From a virus, in IMG/VR virus record IMGVR_UViG_3300027734_000045, positions 57,062-121,061 of that record: a stretch of DNA of 64,000 bases; one strand, given 5' to 3'. Below, in pieces: positions 49,146 to 58,365 of the stretch (positions within the stretch are counted from its first letter, which is position 1; each line of letters opens with the position of its first letter). The translations under genes were made by a program, and so were the position numbers. The notes beneath the pieces were generated by a model. The model saw nothing but the letters and a program-made list of their open reading frames with translations, was not told the origin of the DNA and made no database searches.

Positions 49146-50164
49146 GCAAGATTTTGGTGACTGGAATGTCAGCACCACAGGCGTCTCAAAAGGCTAACTC
49201 TCGAGGTTTAAGTTTTACTAAAGTCGTAGTTGACGCGTTGTCTGAGCTTGGCCACGAGGTTCACTGGTCTCTGCCCTCGCTAGACTGGACTGAGGAAGAC
49301 TTGTCTTTATTTGACTCGGTTGTAGTTGGAGTTTCTCCGCTAACGAGTCTAAGTGCTAACTACTCATACGGTGGTCTTCATGCTATTGGAGAACTAAAGG
49401 ACAGTGACAAACTTACCCTACTAATCGATGCTCCACAGGTTGCTCAAATAGGTGCGGGTCTACGGGCAGTTAGAAGTAATCCTGATAGCCTCACTAAGGC
49501 ATTCTATTCGAATAGGCCAGGGTATCAGCGGGTGACGGATTCGAGTGTCTCTAAAAGGCTTCTAGCCACCGCCGAGTGGTTGCTGGACGAGCAGTGGCCA
49601 ACAACTATCTATCCCGAGTTGCCGTGGAAAGATTCCGACTCGACAGAGCAACTTCTTCCTAGTGGAGCTAAAGGTGCGTTAGTTGGAATCAACCGAGACA
49701 TCGCTCTAATCGAAAAAGACCTACTTACTGCAAGAAGAGAGAAGTGGGTAGTCGACAGCTACACGACTCCATGGGCTAAGTCTACAGTAAAAACTATCTC
49801 ACTCCCGACTGCTCCTATGAAGTGGCATAAGGGATGTGACGACGTCATGGTCCAAACTCAAATTGCTCGGTCAATTGGAGCACTAATAACTCCTTACAGA
49901 CAAGACGGCACTTGGTGGAGCTACAGATACGCTCAAGCGCTGTCTGCCTACACACCAATAGCTACAGGCTGGCAAGAGAGCGGGAAACTGCACGACTCCT
50001 GGAGTTTCTTAGCGGCAACTATTGAAAGTGCAAGTCAGAATATACGTGATGGTATTTCTATAGAACAGCGTGAGTCCTACGTGGCGGCCATTCCAAGTAT
50101 AATCGAAACCAATAAGAAACTTCAAGACACACTAAAAATTACAAAAAGAAAGGTAATACTATGA
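49142..50164 (+). CDS. Second, paralogous glycosyltransferase-like protein
   Basis: KILVTG..AL..LGHEV..DLS.FD and G....PY...GTWW..RY..A parallel the upstream gene; ATGA overlap. Confidence 0.65.
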   Translation: MSKILVTGMSAPQASQKANSRGLSFTKVVVDALSELGHEVHWSLPSLDWTEEDLSLFDSVVVGVSPLTSLSANYSYGGLHAIGELKDSDKLTLLIDAPQVAQIGAGLRAVRSNPDSLTKAFYSNRPGYQRVTDSSVSKRLLATAEWLLDEQWPTTIYPELPWKDSDSTEQLLPSGAKGALVGINRDIALIEKDLLTARREKWVVDSYTTPWAKSTVKTISLPTAPMKWHKGCDDVMVQTQIARSIGALITPYRQDGTWWSYRYAQALSAYTPIATGWQESGKLHDSWSFLAATIESASQNIRDGISIEQRESYVAAIPSIIETNKKLQDTLKITKRKVIL

Positions 50165-50649
50165 GCGATAACGTGCTTTTTAAAAAGTGGCTCGAGAAAA
50201 CAAGAGAGCTTCAAAAAGAAGTTTACAAAATAGACTACGCCTCAATGGAAGGCGATAGCCCAGAAAACATCAATAACCTAGTTGAGTACATTCGCTGGAA
50301 CATGCTTGCCATTGACGATGAGCTAGCAGAAATGCGCCAGGCAATCTCGTGGAAGCCGTGGCAGCATGACGAGCCATACGCAGACCGCGAGGAGCTAATC
50401 AAGGAAGCCGTAGACGTTCTGCACTTCGTGGCTAACATAATCGTAGCTGCTGGAGGAACTGACGAGGTACTAGATGAGTTCTACGTAGCTAAGATGGAAA
50501 AGAACCGTGCAAGACAGACCGCTGGATACAAGGTCAAGGCCGAGGGAATCAAGTGCGTAATGTGCTCGCGCGCGTTAGATGATGTGGCACCTAGCGAAAA
50601 TCATCCAAATGTATGCGTAAAGTGTGATGAAGAAGATAGGAACAAGTAA
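50161..50649 (+). CDS. All-alpha dNTP pyrophosphatase (dimeric dUTPase/dCTPase, MazG-like) with C-terminal CxxC..CxxC
   Basis: DELAE....WKPW....EAVDVLHF....Y..K..N..RQ. Confidence 0.85.
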   Translation: MSDNVLFKKWLEKTRELQKEVYKIDYASMEGDSPENINNLVEYIRWNMLAIDDELAEMRQAISWKPWQHDEPYADREELIKEAVDVLHFVANIIVAAGGTDEVLDEFYVAKMEKNRARQTAGYKVKAEGIKCVMCSRALDDVAPSENHPNVCVKCDEEDRNK

Positions 50650-51068
50650 TGGGAAGCGTAGATTTTGAATGGGTAAGACAACAGTTTATTGAGTCTAAAA
50701 CTAAAATCGTAGTTGGTCTAGCCGTAATGAAGCTACTTGAAACTTGGCAAGAGATTGACCTAACACCAGACCAGGCAAAAGAAGTCTTTGAAATCCTAGG
50801 TTCTTTAGCGCAAGGTCACGCCATAGCAGCGAGCAAACCTGATGAGGTCTGGGTTGGCGCTAGACGTGGAGACCTAAAGGTTGGAGACGAAGTTCGTGTC
50901 AAGCGTGACGCCTACTCTGGAGAGCTAGGTACTCTTCACAATGGGCGCCGAGGAAAAATTATAGCAATTAGAAGTGGTGACATCATCATAAGAACTCTTG
51001 ACAACAAGAGTCCATCATTAGATGGAGTACACTACGCTCCTGACCAGTTAGAAAAGAGAATCGTCTAA
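50649..51068 (+). CDS. Hypothetical protein with C-terminal SH3-like barrel
   Basis: LKVGDEVRVK..HNGR.G.I; translationally coupled on both sides. Confidence 0.65.
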   Translation: MGSVDFEWVRQQFIESKTKIVVGLAVMKLLETWQEIDLTPDQAKEVFEILGSLAQGHAIAASKPDEVWVGARRGDLKVGDEVRVKRDAYSGELGTLHNGRRGKIIAIRSGDIIIRTLDNKSPSLDGVHYAPDQLEKRIV

Positions 51069-51376
51069 TGACAGAAGAATCTAAAAATGAACTTCCTAGA
51101 ATTGAGGCTTTGCGTGAGGCTGCAAGAATTATCTCTGGTGATAGAGACGTGCAGTATGGAGCTCCAGAAGATAACCTAGGACGTATAGCTAAGCTGTGGT
51201 CGGTTTTATTTGAAAAAGAGATTACGGCTCAAGACGTGGCGATGGCGATGGTCGCACTAAAGATGGCTCGCTATGTGAACAAGGGAGACTTCCAGCCCGA
51301 CACCTGGATTGACATCGCTGGATACGCTGGAATTGGCTATGAAGTTGGCAAACCTAAGAACGAGAGCAATCTATAA
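51068..51376 (+). CDS. DUF6378-like helical protein (possible nucleotide hydrolase)
   Basis: A..I..GDR..QYG.P......IA.LW...DVA..M..LK.AR...D.W.DIAGY. Confidence 0.75.
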   Translation: MTEESKNELPRIEALREAARIISGDRDVQYGAPEDNLGRIAKLWSVLFEKEITAQDVAMAMVALKMARYVNKGDFQPDTWIDIAGYAGIGYEVGKPKNESNL

Positions 51377-51414
51377 AATCTTTGCAAATGTGACTATTTT
51401 TCGTATTTATAGTT

Positions 51415-51420
51415 TATAAT
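51415..51420 (+). promoter_or_regulatory. -10 element TATAAT
   Basis: AT-rich gap; AAAGGA RBS before ATG 51444. Confidence 0.45.
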
Positions 51421-51443
51421 GGAATTATTACGAAAGGACAACC

Positions 51444-51983
51444 ATGCAAACATTCGTTCCACTGACAACTAAGTTCTCTGACATAGCGCAGGTTCTAGAC
51501 AACAAGCGACTAAACAAGCAGGCACTAGAAGGCTGGCAGATTCTTATGGTTCTGACCAGGCTAAACCCAGACGGCTCACAGCGCGTAGTCAAAGGCTGGG
51601 CGAACCATCCAGCAGTCAAGATGTGGGAAGGCCACGAAGTAGCTCTTCACGACTACATCCAGGAGATGGTTATCGAATGGAAAAAACGTGGCTTCAAGTC
51701 GACCATCGGAGACAAGGCTGCACAGACCATGCAGCACGCCAAGGCTAACGGTTTTGACATCGATACGTACACTCTCCCGTCTTGGATGGTTGACCATGAA
51801 GTTCATGAACTCGTTGCGGCTAGTCACCGGGTAGCTCTTCTAAACAAAAACTATCAGTGGTACACGCAGTTCGGTTGGCAGGAAGACGACGGAATCTATC
51901 CTGAAGTTTACACGTATGTTTGGCCTAATGTTGACGGCACGTACATCATAGGTGAACCAAGAGCCACTTTAGCCAACAAATAG
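51444..51983 (+). CDS. Pyrimidine-dimer DNA glycosylase-like protein (T4 endoV/MSMEG_6728-like)
   Basis: MQTF.P...A..LD.KRL.KQ..E..QIL..W.NHPAV.MW.G...SH...L..K...Y. Confidence 0.78.
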   Translation: MQTFVPLTTKFSDIAQVLDNKRLNKQALEGWQILMVLTRLNPDGSQRVVKGWANHPAVKMWEGHEVALHDYIQEMVIEWKKRGFKSTIGDKAAQTMQHAKANGFDIDTYTLPSWMVDHEVHELVAASHRVALLNKNYQWYTQFGWQEDDGIYPEVYTYVWPNVDGTYIIGEPRATLANK

Positions 51984-52117
51984 AGGTCACCAGGCGGTCG
52001 TAGAGACACTTTCACGCCTGCGCCCAGGTACTAATACCCCCTAAAAATTCAAGAAACACCGGGGCTTTTACCCAAAACTTTTGCTCTAAACCCTGTAATA
52101 TTTTTATAGGCGCTGGA

Positions 52118-52465
52118 ATGGAAGCAATGAAAAGAGAATCTCGCATAGGTGAGTCTCTGTGGCAGGAGTGGACCGGAGACGGCTACGAATCTGCTAACGA
52201 AAATGCCGTCGTGTTCTTTACAGAGGAGCACGTCGACGTCGAAATTGACGTAGTGCAACGCGCACTTGCTTCCGCTTTACAGCGAGACGGCTCTGTCTCC
52301 TCTCTCGGACAGGGCTACAAGGCGATTGAAGACGCCATAATCACGCAAGGATACGCTGGACAGGTTGACGGAGAACCGGACCTAACTCTATGCGATGACC
52401 AGGGAGAAACCAGGTATGGAGACTGCGTTGAAAGCGTAGTTGCCGTCACCTGGGTAGAGGTGTAA
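52118..52465 (+). CDS. Hypothetical acidic protein
   Basis: 115-aa ORF ending 1 nt before whiB. Confidence 0.65.
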   Translation: MEAMKRESRIGESLWQEWTGDGYESANENAVVFFTEEHVDVEIDVVQRALASALQRDGSVSSLGQGYKAIEDAIITQGYAGQVDGEPDLTLCDDQGETRYGDCVESVVAVTWVEV

Positions 52466-52466
52466 G

Positions 52467-52976
52467 TTGACAAAAAATAACGACATGTCTTGGCAAAAAG
52501 ACGGAGTCTGCGCTAGACCAGAAAACAAGGGTAAAGAGACGTTCTTCTTCTCAAGTAAGACGGACGAAAAATACCAGGCAAAGAACATGTGCTTCTCCTG
52601 CCCTGTAAGACGAGACTGTGTCAAGTTCGCTCTCGAGACAAAACAAATCTGGGGTATCTGGGGTGGAAAAGACGAAGGAGAAATCCGCAGGACTCTTTCT
52701 GTGTCCTGGAACGGTCAGGAATCAAGAAGACAGAGACCGCCTCAATGTCCTTATTGCAACGCAAGAACTAGTAAGTTGCAGACTATAGTGGCTGACGTTC
52801 CCGGCGGTGGGCGATGGACCACGATGAAACTTGTAAATTGCACTGAGTGTGACTTTACTTGGAGAAGTAGAACTAGTGCTAACGCTGTAGAGACTTATCA
52901 CATTCAAAGAAGCGAAAAACTCGCAAAGAGCGAAGAAGAAAAGAAAGCTAAGAAGCCTAAAGCTTTACCGGAATAA
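52467..52976 (+). CDS. whiB: WhiB-family Fe-S transcription factor with C-terminal zinc ribbon
   Basis: W...C..FF..AK..C..CPV...C...AL...GIWGG, followed by CPYC..CTEC. Confidence 0.88.
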   Translation: MTKNNDMSWQKDGVCARPENKGKETFFFSSKTDEKYQAKNMCFSCPVRRDCVKFALETKQIWGIWGGKDEGEIRRTLSVSWNGQESRRQRPPQCPYCNARTSKLQTIVADVPGGGRWTTMKLVNCTECDFTWRSRTSANAVETYHIQRSEKLAKSEEEKKAKKPKALPE

Positions 52977-54144
52977 CTCGTACATATTCTCGCGGGTCAA
53001 AGTCTCCGCCAATAACCATCGTCAGTAGACCTGGCTTGGATTCTAAGCCCGCTCGGTCTCTAAACCACTCAGACCCGGGGTCAGTTGTTGGCGCCTGTAC
53101 CCAGAAGCGATGGCCGATGTCCATACACTTGTAGTTGTGGAAGTGTCCTGACACCCAGACGTCTGCCATTCCAAGTGAAGTCTGTCCTGCCGCTTGAGCA
53201 GAGATGTACTTCAATGGGTCTCTTGCCTGATGTCCATGAAACAGACCAAGCATGCAGCCGTCTATGTCTACTGTTAGAGTTTGGTGACCTGACGATGGGT
53301 AGCGAAACTCAATGTGTTGCAGCGCTGGATTCTCTGCGCAGGCGTCTTGGACTGCCGCTGCAATCTCAACGTTCCAGCCGTCTGCCGGGTCAGCCGCAAC
53401 TAGCCTAGTGGCTTCATCGTGATTGCCGTTTACAACGGGTATGACCATTCGTTCCGCTAGCGGAGCAAGAGCCTTGACCTGTGCCATAAGCAAGCGTCTT
53501 GCAACGCGAACCTGCTCAGTTAGTCCTAGGTCAGAAGCTGCCTGCCCTTGAAGTCTTCCACCTTGAGAAACGTTTCCTTCGACGTGGTCTCCAGGTAAGC
53601 CTAGAACTATTGTTCCTAGATTTAATCCCATGCGAGTTAGCGCCTGATAGTGAGCAACGCTTCCCTCGGTTAGATGAAGGATTCTTTCAATGGACTGCTG
53701 AGTTCCTTGGCCGTTAGCTTTCTTACCGATTTGCTGGTCGCTTGGAAATACTGAATAAGCGCCTTGTCCGGTGTTTGGCTTAATTCCTTTTTCTGGGCGC
53801 CACTTTTTAATTTCGTCTATAAGCTGTTCGGCGTCAAGTCTATTGTCGTTTGAGTAGCCGGCTGGAGCCAGGTTTACTCTAAGTGACTCTAAAAACTCTC
53901 CATCATACTTCTGCCACTTGCCTCTTCTCATCGAGGTAATCACCCAGTCGTTTGGGTTTAGGCCAAAATCTTCTAGCACTGCTCTTGCGTCCTGCAGCTC
54001 ACTCGCTGGGCGAGGAGTTGAGATTACGTATCCACCTCGCTGGTCGTCAAGGTCCATGCGAGCACGCCAGTCTTCTGGCACGTTCAACGACTTGTAGTCT
54101 GAACCAGAGTTTCCTGGACTAGATAAACTTTCAAAAAGACCCAT
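52957..54144 (-). CDS. Calcineurin-like metallophosphoesterase (Mre11-like)
   Basis: SD.Q.GK, GD..E, GNHD, HGH, GHFH. Confidence 0.85.
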   Translation of the reverse strand: MGLFESLSSPGNSGSDYKSLNVPEDWRARMDLDDQRGGYVISTPRPASELQDARAVLEDFGLNPNDWVITSMRRGKWQKYDGEFLESLRVNLAPAGYSNDNRLDAEQLIDEIKKWRPEKGIKPNTGQGAYSVFPSDQQIGKKANGQGTQQSIERILHLTEGSVAHYQALTRMGLNLGTIVLGLPGDHVEGNVSQGGRLQGQAASDLGLTEQVRVARRLLMAQVKALAPLAERMVIPVVNGNHDEATRLVAADPADGWNVEIAAAVQDACAENPALQHIEFRYPSSGHQTLTVDIDGCMLGLFHGHQARDPLKYISAQAAGQTSLGMADVWVSGHFHNYKCMDIGHRFWVQAPTTDPGSEWFRDRAGLESKPGLLTMVIGGDFDPREYVRVIPVKL

Positions 54145-54148
54145 GTCG

Positions 54149-54433
54149 CTATCCTTGCTTTTCCGGTGAGTAGCAACCGCAGACAGTTCTGCGATGGCGA
54201 TCGATCATTGTTGTTGAGACGTGAATGCCTTCGTCTCGGAGAGCTATGACTATGTTCGCAGACGTGACCCTGCCCGGGTGACCTTTTGGAGATTCAACGG
54301 CTTCCTTGAGTCGTTGCTGGTCGTTGCTCTGTAGCCGCTCGTCTTCAAACGCCTTGGCTATTGTGCACTTGCGAGTGCTCCTAGTTGGAACGCTGTCAGC
54401 ACCGCCGCTCTTGAGTCGCTCACTAAACGACAT
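54149..54433 (-). CDS. Small probable DNA/Zn-binding protein
   Basis: C.I....I..AL...G...S...I..HRR..C.C; ends 4 nt before the phosphoesterase. Confidence 0.65.
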   Translation of the reverse strand: MSFSERLKSGGADSVPTRSTRKCTIAKAFEDERLQSNDQQRLKEAVESPKGHPGRVTSANIVIALRDEGIHVSTTMIDRHRRTVCGCYSPEKQG

Positions 54434-54532
54434 GTTGGTTCCTGTCTATCTGGGGCTTTGTACCCGTTTAGACAATTGTATACCTTGGAAAGTAAAATAA
54501 CTATGCCACGAGGAGCATAATAATTGGAGCAG

Positions 54533-54850
54533 CTATTTGCGCTTTTTTGCTACAGGCTTGTCTGAAGCCACCATGGCGACAAGAATCTCCTTGACCAATT
54601 TGATTTCCACTGATGTCTCGCGGCTGCAGGCTTCGATGTTGTTTACCCTGTCTGCCAATGAGGTTCCACCGTTTTCCCAGAGCTGATGCTCGACTCTGTC
54701 TAATCTGTCGGCTATAGTTCGTCCTTGCTCGTCTTTTCCAATTGCATCTGAGACCTTGCGGGCTACGTTGTATATCGCTATTAGCGCTCCAACTATCACA
54801 CCGATAGCTGTAATAACGGCGGAAATCATGAAAATACTATCGAACTGCAT
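54533..54850 (-). CDS. Single-pass membrane protein with coiled coil
   Basis: N-terminal hydrophobic helix; RL.RVE.QL..NGG.SL.D.V..IE. Confidence 0.7.
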   Translation of the reverse strand: MQFDSIFMISAVITAIGVIVGALIAIYNVARKVSDAIGKDEQGRTIADRLDRVEHQLWENGGTSLADRVNNIEACSRETSVEIKLVKEILVAMVASDKPVAKKRK

Positions 54851-55090
54851 TAGGTCCTCTATCGCGTGTTTTTGGATTACCTATATTATACGGGCAGATT
54901 TAGAGGCCGTGCTCCCATATAATCTCTAAAACAGGCGAAGCTGTGCTGTGTAGGCTTAGGCAATGGATTATAGTAGACATACTGCAAACACCGCAAATTG
55001 AATAAATTGCGAAATGACAGAAGACATCTAAATAAAATGTTTAGCATCTGTAGACAGTTGTCACAGACGTGGGTTATCGGAGAGGCTCAA
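54851..55090. promoter_or_regulatory. Divergent intergenic control region with palindromes
   Basis: TTTAGAG..TATAAT.CTCTAAA (54899-54930); TCTGTAGACAGTTGTCACAGA (55047-55067). Confidence 0.45.
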
Positions 55091-55321
55091 ATGCAACAGA
55101 CAAAAAGACGAATGAGTATAAGAAACGTGGCTATGACCTATGGTATTCCAGCCCGTACTGTTGCTAGAGCTGTAGAGCAGGGGGAACTGCCAGCCTTGCG
55201 CACCATAACCGAAACAGGCAGAGAACGCGCGTATATATCTGCGGAAGACGTAGAACGTTGGCTTTCCTTACTCTCAGTTGAAAATCAGGCGACTAGTAGC
55301 AGAAGCGCGCAGGGACAGTAA
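55091..55321 (+). CDS. Helix-turn-helix DNA-binding protein (excisionase/MerR-like)
   Basis: S...VA..YG....TV.R.V..GELPA....R.YI...DV..W; GAGG before ATG 55091. Confidence 0.75.
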   Translation: MQQTKRRMSIRNVAMTYGIPARTVARAVEQGELPALRTITETGRERAYISAEDVERWLSLLSVENQATSSRSAQGQ

Positions 55322-57954
55322 TGACTTCATGGGAATCAGCAAAAGGTAGACTTCTTCCAGGAGCCGAATGGTACGCGCAACAAGGTTGGAGAATTCTTCC
55401 ATGCTATGGAATAGTTGATGGCCGTTGTACCTGTAATGGATTACACACCGAGCCTAAGGACGTCGGTAAGCATCCAAGTATTAGTGAGTGGCAAGTCTAC
55501 TCTAGCACTGACCCAGGCACAGTTCGCAAGTGGTGGGAGTCAGCGCCTGAAAGCAACATCGCAGTTTTTTGTAAGGCATCAGGTTTTCTAGTTATAGACG
55601 TTGACCCTCGTTCCGGTGGTGAGGCTTCGTTTGAAAAGTTTGAAGAGCTCGTAAACTTCAACTTGCCTAAGACCGTCGAGGCTCTAACCGGCGAGTATTC
55701 ATACAAGGGAAAGCTTGCCAGAGGGCGACACCTATACTATAGGGTAGACCCAAATGAACAGCTAATTGGAAGACTTGACAAAGAGCTTCCCGGAATTGAC
55801 ATCAAGCACAACGGATACGTGCTGGTCGCGCCGTCGCGACACTTCTCTGGAAACACCTACGACTGGAAACCTGGCCAAGCTCCATGGGAAATCGAGATTG
55901 CACAGGCTCCCGAGGAACTGCTTCAAGTCTTACGAAAAAAGAACCGTAGAAGCGGAAGTGCGCTTGGCCAAGGTGACTGGTCGTTCATGGACAACCTTGA
56001 ATACAGTGGCGAACGAGTAGACATCGAGAAGATGCTTGATGAAGGAATTGCCGAAGGTTCTCGCGCAGTTGACATCTATCGACTTGCCTGTGCACTTGCA
56101 AACAAGATGGGCGTTGACACTGAGTACAAGAGACTGGCTCTTGAAACTCTAATGATTCGCTTCAATCACGAGAAGGTTCGTCCGCCTATGGACCTCGAGG
56201 GACCTAACTCGTTGCTAATGCACGTGAGACGCGCCATGGACTTTGTAGCTGAGAATGGACATAGACGAGATGGAATGTTCCCCGGAGTACTCAGTGAGTG
56301 GGCTAGAAGGTCTCAGGCTGAGTCTCAGAGCAGTGCACAAGGTGGTGACACCGAACGAGTCGGAACGTCTGACCCAGATGACTCGCGTGATAGCAACGTA
56401 AATCAGCTTCCTGGAACTTTAGGTGGCTCAGTAAAGGCCTCGGTCACGGGCGGAATCTCTATAGCGCAGGCTTTTGCTGGCAGCAACGTTGATGTTCCTA
56501 AGGACCCAGACGCGCTTAGCGAGGCTGAAGGTGGTACACCTGGAATGCGTACTCTAAGTGATACTGGAAACGGCCGTAGACTCATTGACACCTTTGGCTC
56601 CGCCGTTCGGTACACTCCTGGACTAGGTTGGTTCCACTGGAATGGAGACTACTGGAAGCCAGACGTTGAAGAACTTGAAATGCGTGAGCTTGCAAAGCGC
56701 CTAGCGACCGTAATCGCCTCTGAGGTCGTCAACTACACTGACCTAAAAGAGCAGAACGACGTTGTTAAGTGGGCTCAACAGGCTAAGTCAAATGGTCGTC
56801 TTTCCGGCGCGCTAGAGTCCGCGACATCTGACCCTCGCGTGACTGTTGGAGTAGACACCTGGGACAGCGACTCTCACCTGCTTGGTGTTCAAAATGGTGT
56901 CATTGACCTTCGCACTGGAGAGCTACTAAAAGGTCAACCTAATCTTTACATTACTAAACGCGCTCCTGTGGCGTACACTCCTGGACTTACAAACGTTCGC
57001 TGGCAGGAATTCATAGACTTCGCTACAGGTGGTGACAAGGAGCTTCAGGACTGGCTACAGAGAGCTGCCGGATACTCGTTAACCGGTCTGCGTACTCAAG
57101 ACGTTATGTTCTTAGTTTATGGTCCGCCTGGCTCCGGTAAGAACACCCTGGTCGAGGCTATCGTAAAGTGCATGGGTACTCAACAGTATGCGTGGCCTTT
57201 AGACTCTAGCATTCTTGCTCAAGGAGATGGACAGGCTCATGGTTCGGACCTTTATCACTGGGCTGAGCTTCGTGGTCGTCGTATGGTTTGGGTTGATGAG
57301 CTTCCAGAGTCTGAGCGCATGAAGGAAAACTCCGTTAAGAAGCTAACTGGTTCATCTGAAATCTCTGCTCGTTCTCCTGGAGAGAAGCCGTTTACGTTCC
57401 AGTCACAGGCAAAACTTTGGGTGACAACTAACCACAGACCGATAATCAACGATGACGCGATGTGGCGTCGTCTGCGTCCAATTCCACTTATAAAGACTCC
57501 AGAGAAGCCAGACCCAGACCTGAAGGAATACTTCTTCGACCCAGAAGGCGCTCTGCCTGCCGTCCTGTCTTGGGCAGTTGAAGGTGCTATCAAGTACCTT
57601 GGTTCTTCTGCTCGTGACCCACTTGGTTGGTGCGCAGCTGTTGCTGACGCCGCTGAAATCTATCGCAAGAACGAAGACAGAATTGGCATGTTCCTAAACG
57701 AAGAAACTCTTGAGGTAGCAGGAGCTGCGGTGTCTATCAAGGACGTCTACGCGGTCTACCGGTTCTGGAGTGAAGGCCGTGGAGAAAAGGCACTATCGCA
57801 GATAGGTTTCCATAGGAAACTTGCTGACCGTGGAGTTGAAATCCTAGGTCAGGGCTCAAGGGCTGAGATTTTAGGAAGAGTAATGGCGCCTAGGGCGGTT
57901 GAGCGCAGTGAAGTATCCTGGACAGAAAACGTGCTAAAGGCAAAGACATACTAG
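55321..57954 (+). CDS. Bifunctional primase-polymerase fused to D5/SF3 helicase
   Basis: A..Y...GW.I.P..KHP..WW..N....VIDVD..G.HLYY..GYV..PS; D.GNG.R; YGPPGSGKN; WVDE; N..P. Confidence 0.92.
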   Translation: MTSWESAKGRLLPGAEWYAQQGWRILPCYGIVDGRCTCNGLHTEPKDVGKHPSISEWQVYSSTDPGTVRKWWESAPESNIAVFCKASGFLVIDVDPRSGGEASFEKFEELVNFNLPKTVEALTGEYSYKGKLARGRHLYYRVDPNEQLIGRLDKELPGIDIKHNGYVLVAPSRHFSGNTYDWKPGQAPWEIEIAQAPEELLQVLRKKNRRSGSALGQGDWSFMDNLEYSGERVDIEKMLDEGIAEGSRAVDIYRLACALANKMGVDTEYKRLALETLMIRFNHEKVRPPMDLEGPNSLLMHVRRAMDFVAENGHRRDGMFPGVLSEWARRSQAESQSSAQGGDTERVGTSDPDDSRDSNVNQLPGTLGGSVKASVTGGISIAQAFAGSNVDVPKDPDALSEAEGGTPGMRTLSDTGNGRRLIDTFGSAVRYTPGLGWFHWNGDYWKPDVEELEMRELAKRLATVIASEVVNYTDLKEQNDVVKWAQQAKSNGRLSGALESATSDPRVTVGVDTWDSDSHLLGVQNGVIDLRTGELLKGQPNLYITKRAPVAYTPGLTNVRWQEFIDFATGGDKELQDWLQRAAGYSLTGLRTQDVMFLVYGPPGSGKNTLVEAIVKCMGTQQYAWPLDSSILAQGDGQAHGSDLYHWAELRGRRMVWVDELPESERMKENSVKKLTGSSEISARSPGEKPFTFQSQAKLWVTTNHRPIINDDAMWRRLRPIPLIKTPEKPDPDLKEYFFDPEGALPAVLSWAVEGAIKYLGSSARDPLGWCAAVADAAEIYRKNEDRIGMFLNEETLEVAGAAVSIKDVYAVYRFWSEGRGEKALSQIGFHRKLADRGVEILGQGSRAEILGRVMAPRAVERSEVSWTENVLKAKTY

Positions 57955-58042
57955 CTAAGAAACACCGGGTCTGCTCTATTTAACAATTTCAAGACGTTAT
58001 AGGATAAACTAGCGTTAGCGACGTCTTTGGGAGATAGGCGTC

Positions 58043-58078
58043 TTGGAGAGCCGGGTTCGCGTAGACCCGGCTTTCCAA
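58043..58078. terminator. Probable bidirectional terminator between convergent genes
   Basis: TTGGAGAGCCGGGT..ACCCGGCTTTCCAA. Confidence 0.65.
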
Positions 58079-58086
58079 ACAACAGT

Positions 58087-58365
58087 CTAAACCTCTAAAT
58101 CGACTAGGTCTGTTTCGTAGAGATTTTTAGAAGTCGCAGTCAGCTTTCCTTCTTCGTTGAAATAGACTATCTTTTTTGTCATAAGGTAATCTAAAATTCT
58201 TTCTCTTTCGAAGATAGCGCCAATCTCAAACGAGGCAGTTGCCTCGACAGTGGTCCTGACCGCGTCTAACAGCGTGACAACCTCTCTTTGCAGCTCGTCT
58301 ATCTCGGTCTGCTGGTCTTGTATAATCACTTGAAAAACTGCGTTATCAAGCATTAGGTCAGTCAT
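58087..58365 (-). CDS. Hypothetical coiled-coil protein
   Basis: ATG 58365 (MTDLMLD) is preferred over the upstream start; G...ERERI motif. Confidence 0.6.
   Translation of the reverse strand: MTDLMLDNAVFQVIIQDQQTEIDELQREVVTLLDAVRTTVEATASFEIGAIFERERILDYLMTKKIVYFNEEGKLTATSKNLYETDLVDLEV

Noticed and set aside
55091-55321. Excisionase implying a temperate phage
   Set aside because: No integrase, repressor or att site is visible; this HTH type is common beside primases.
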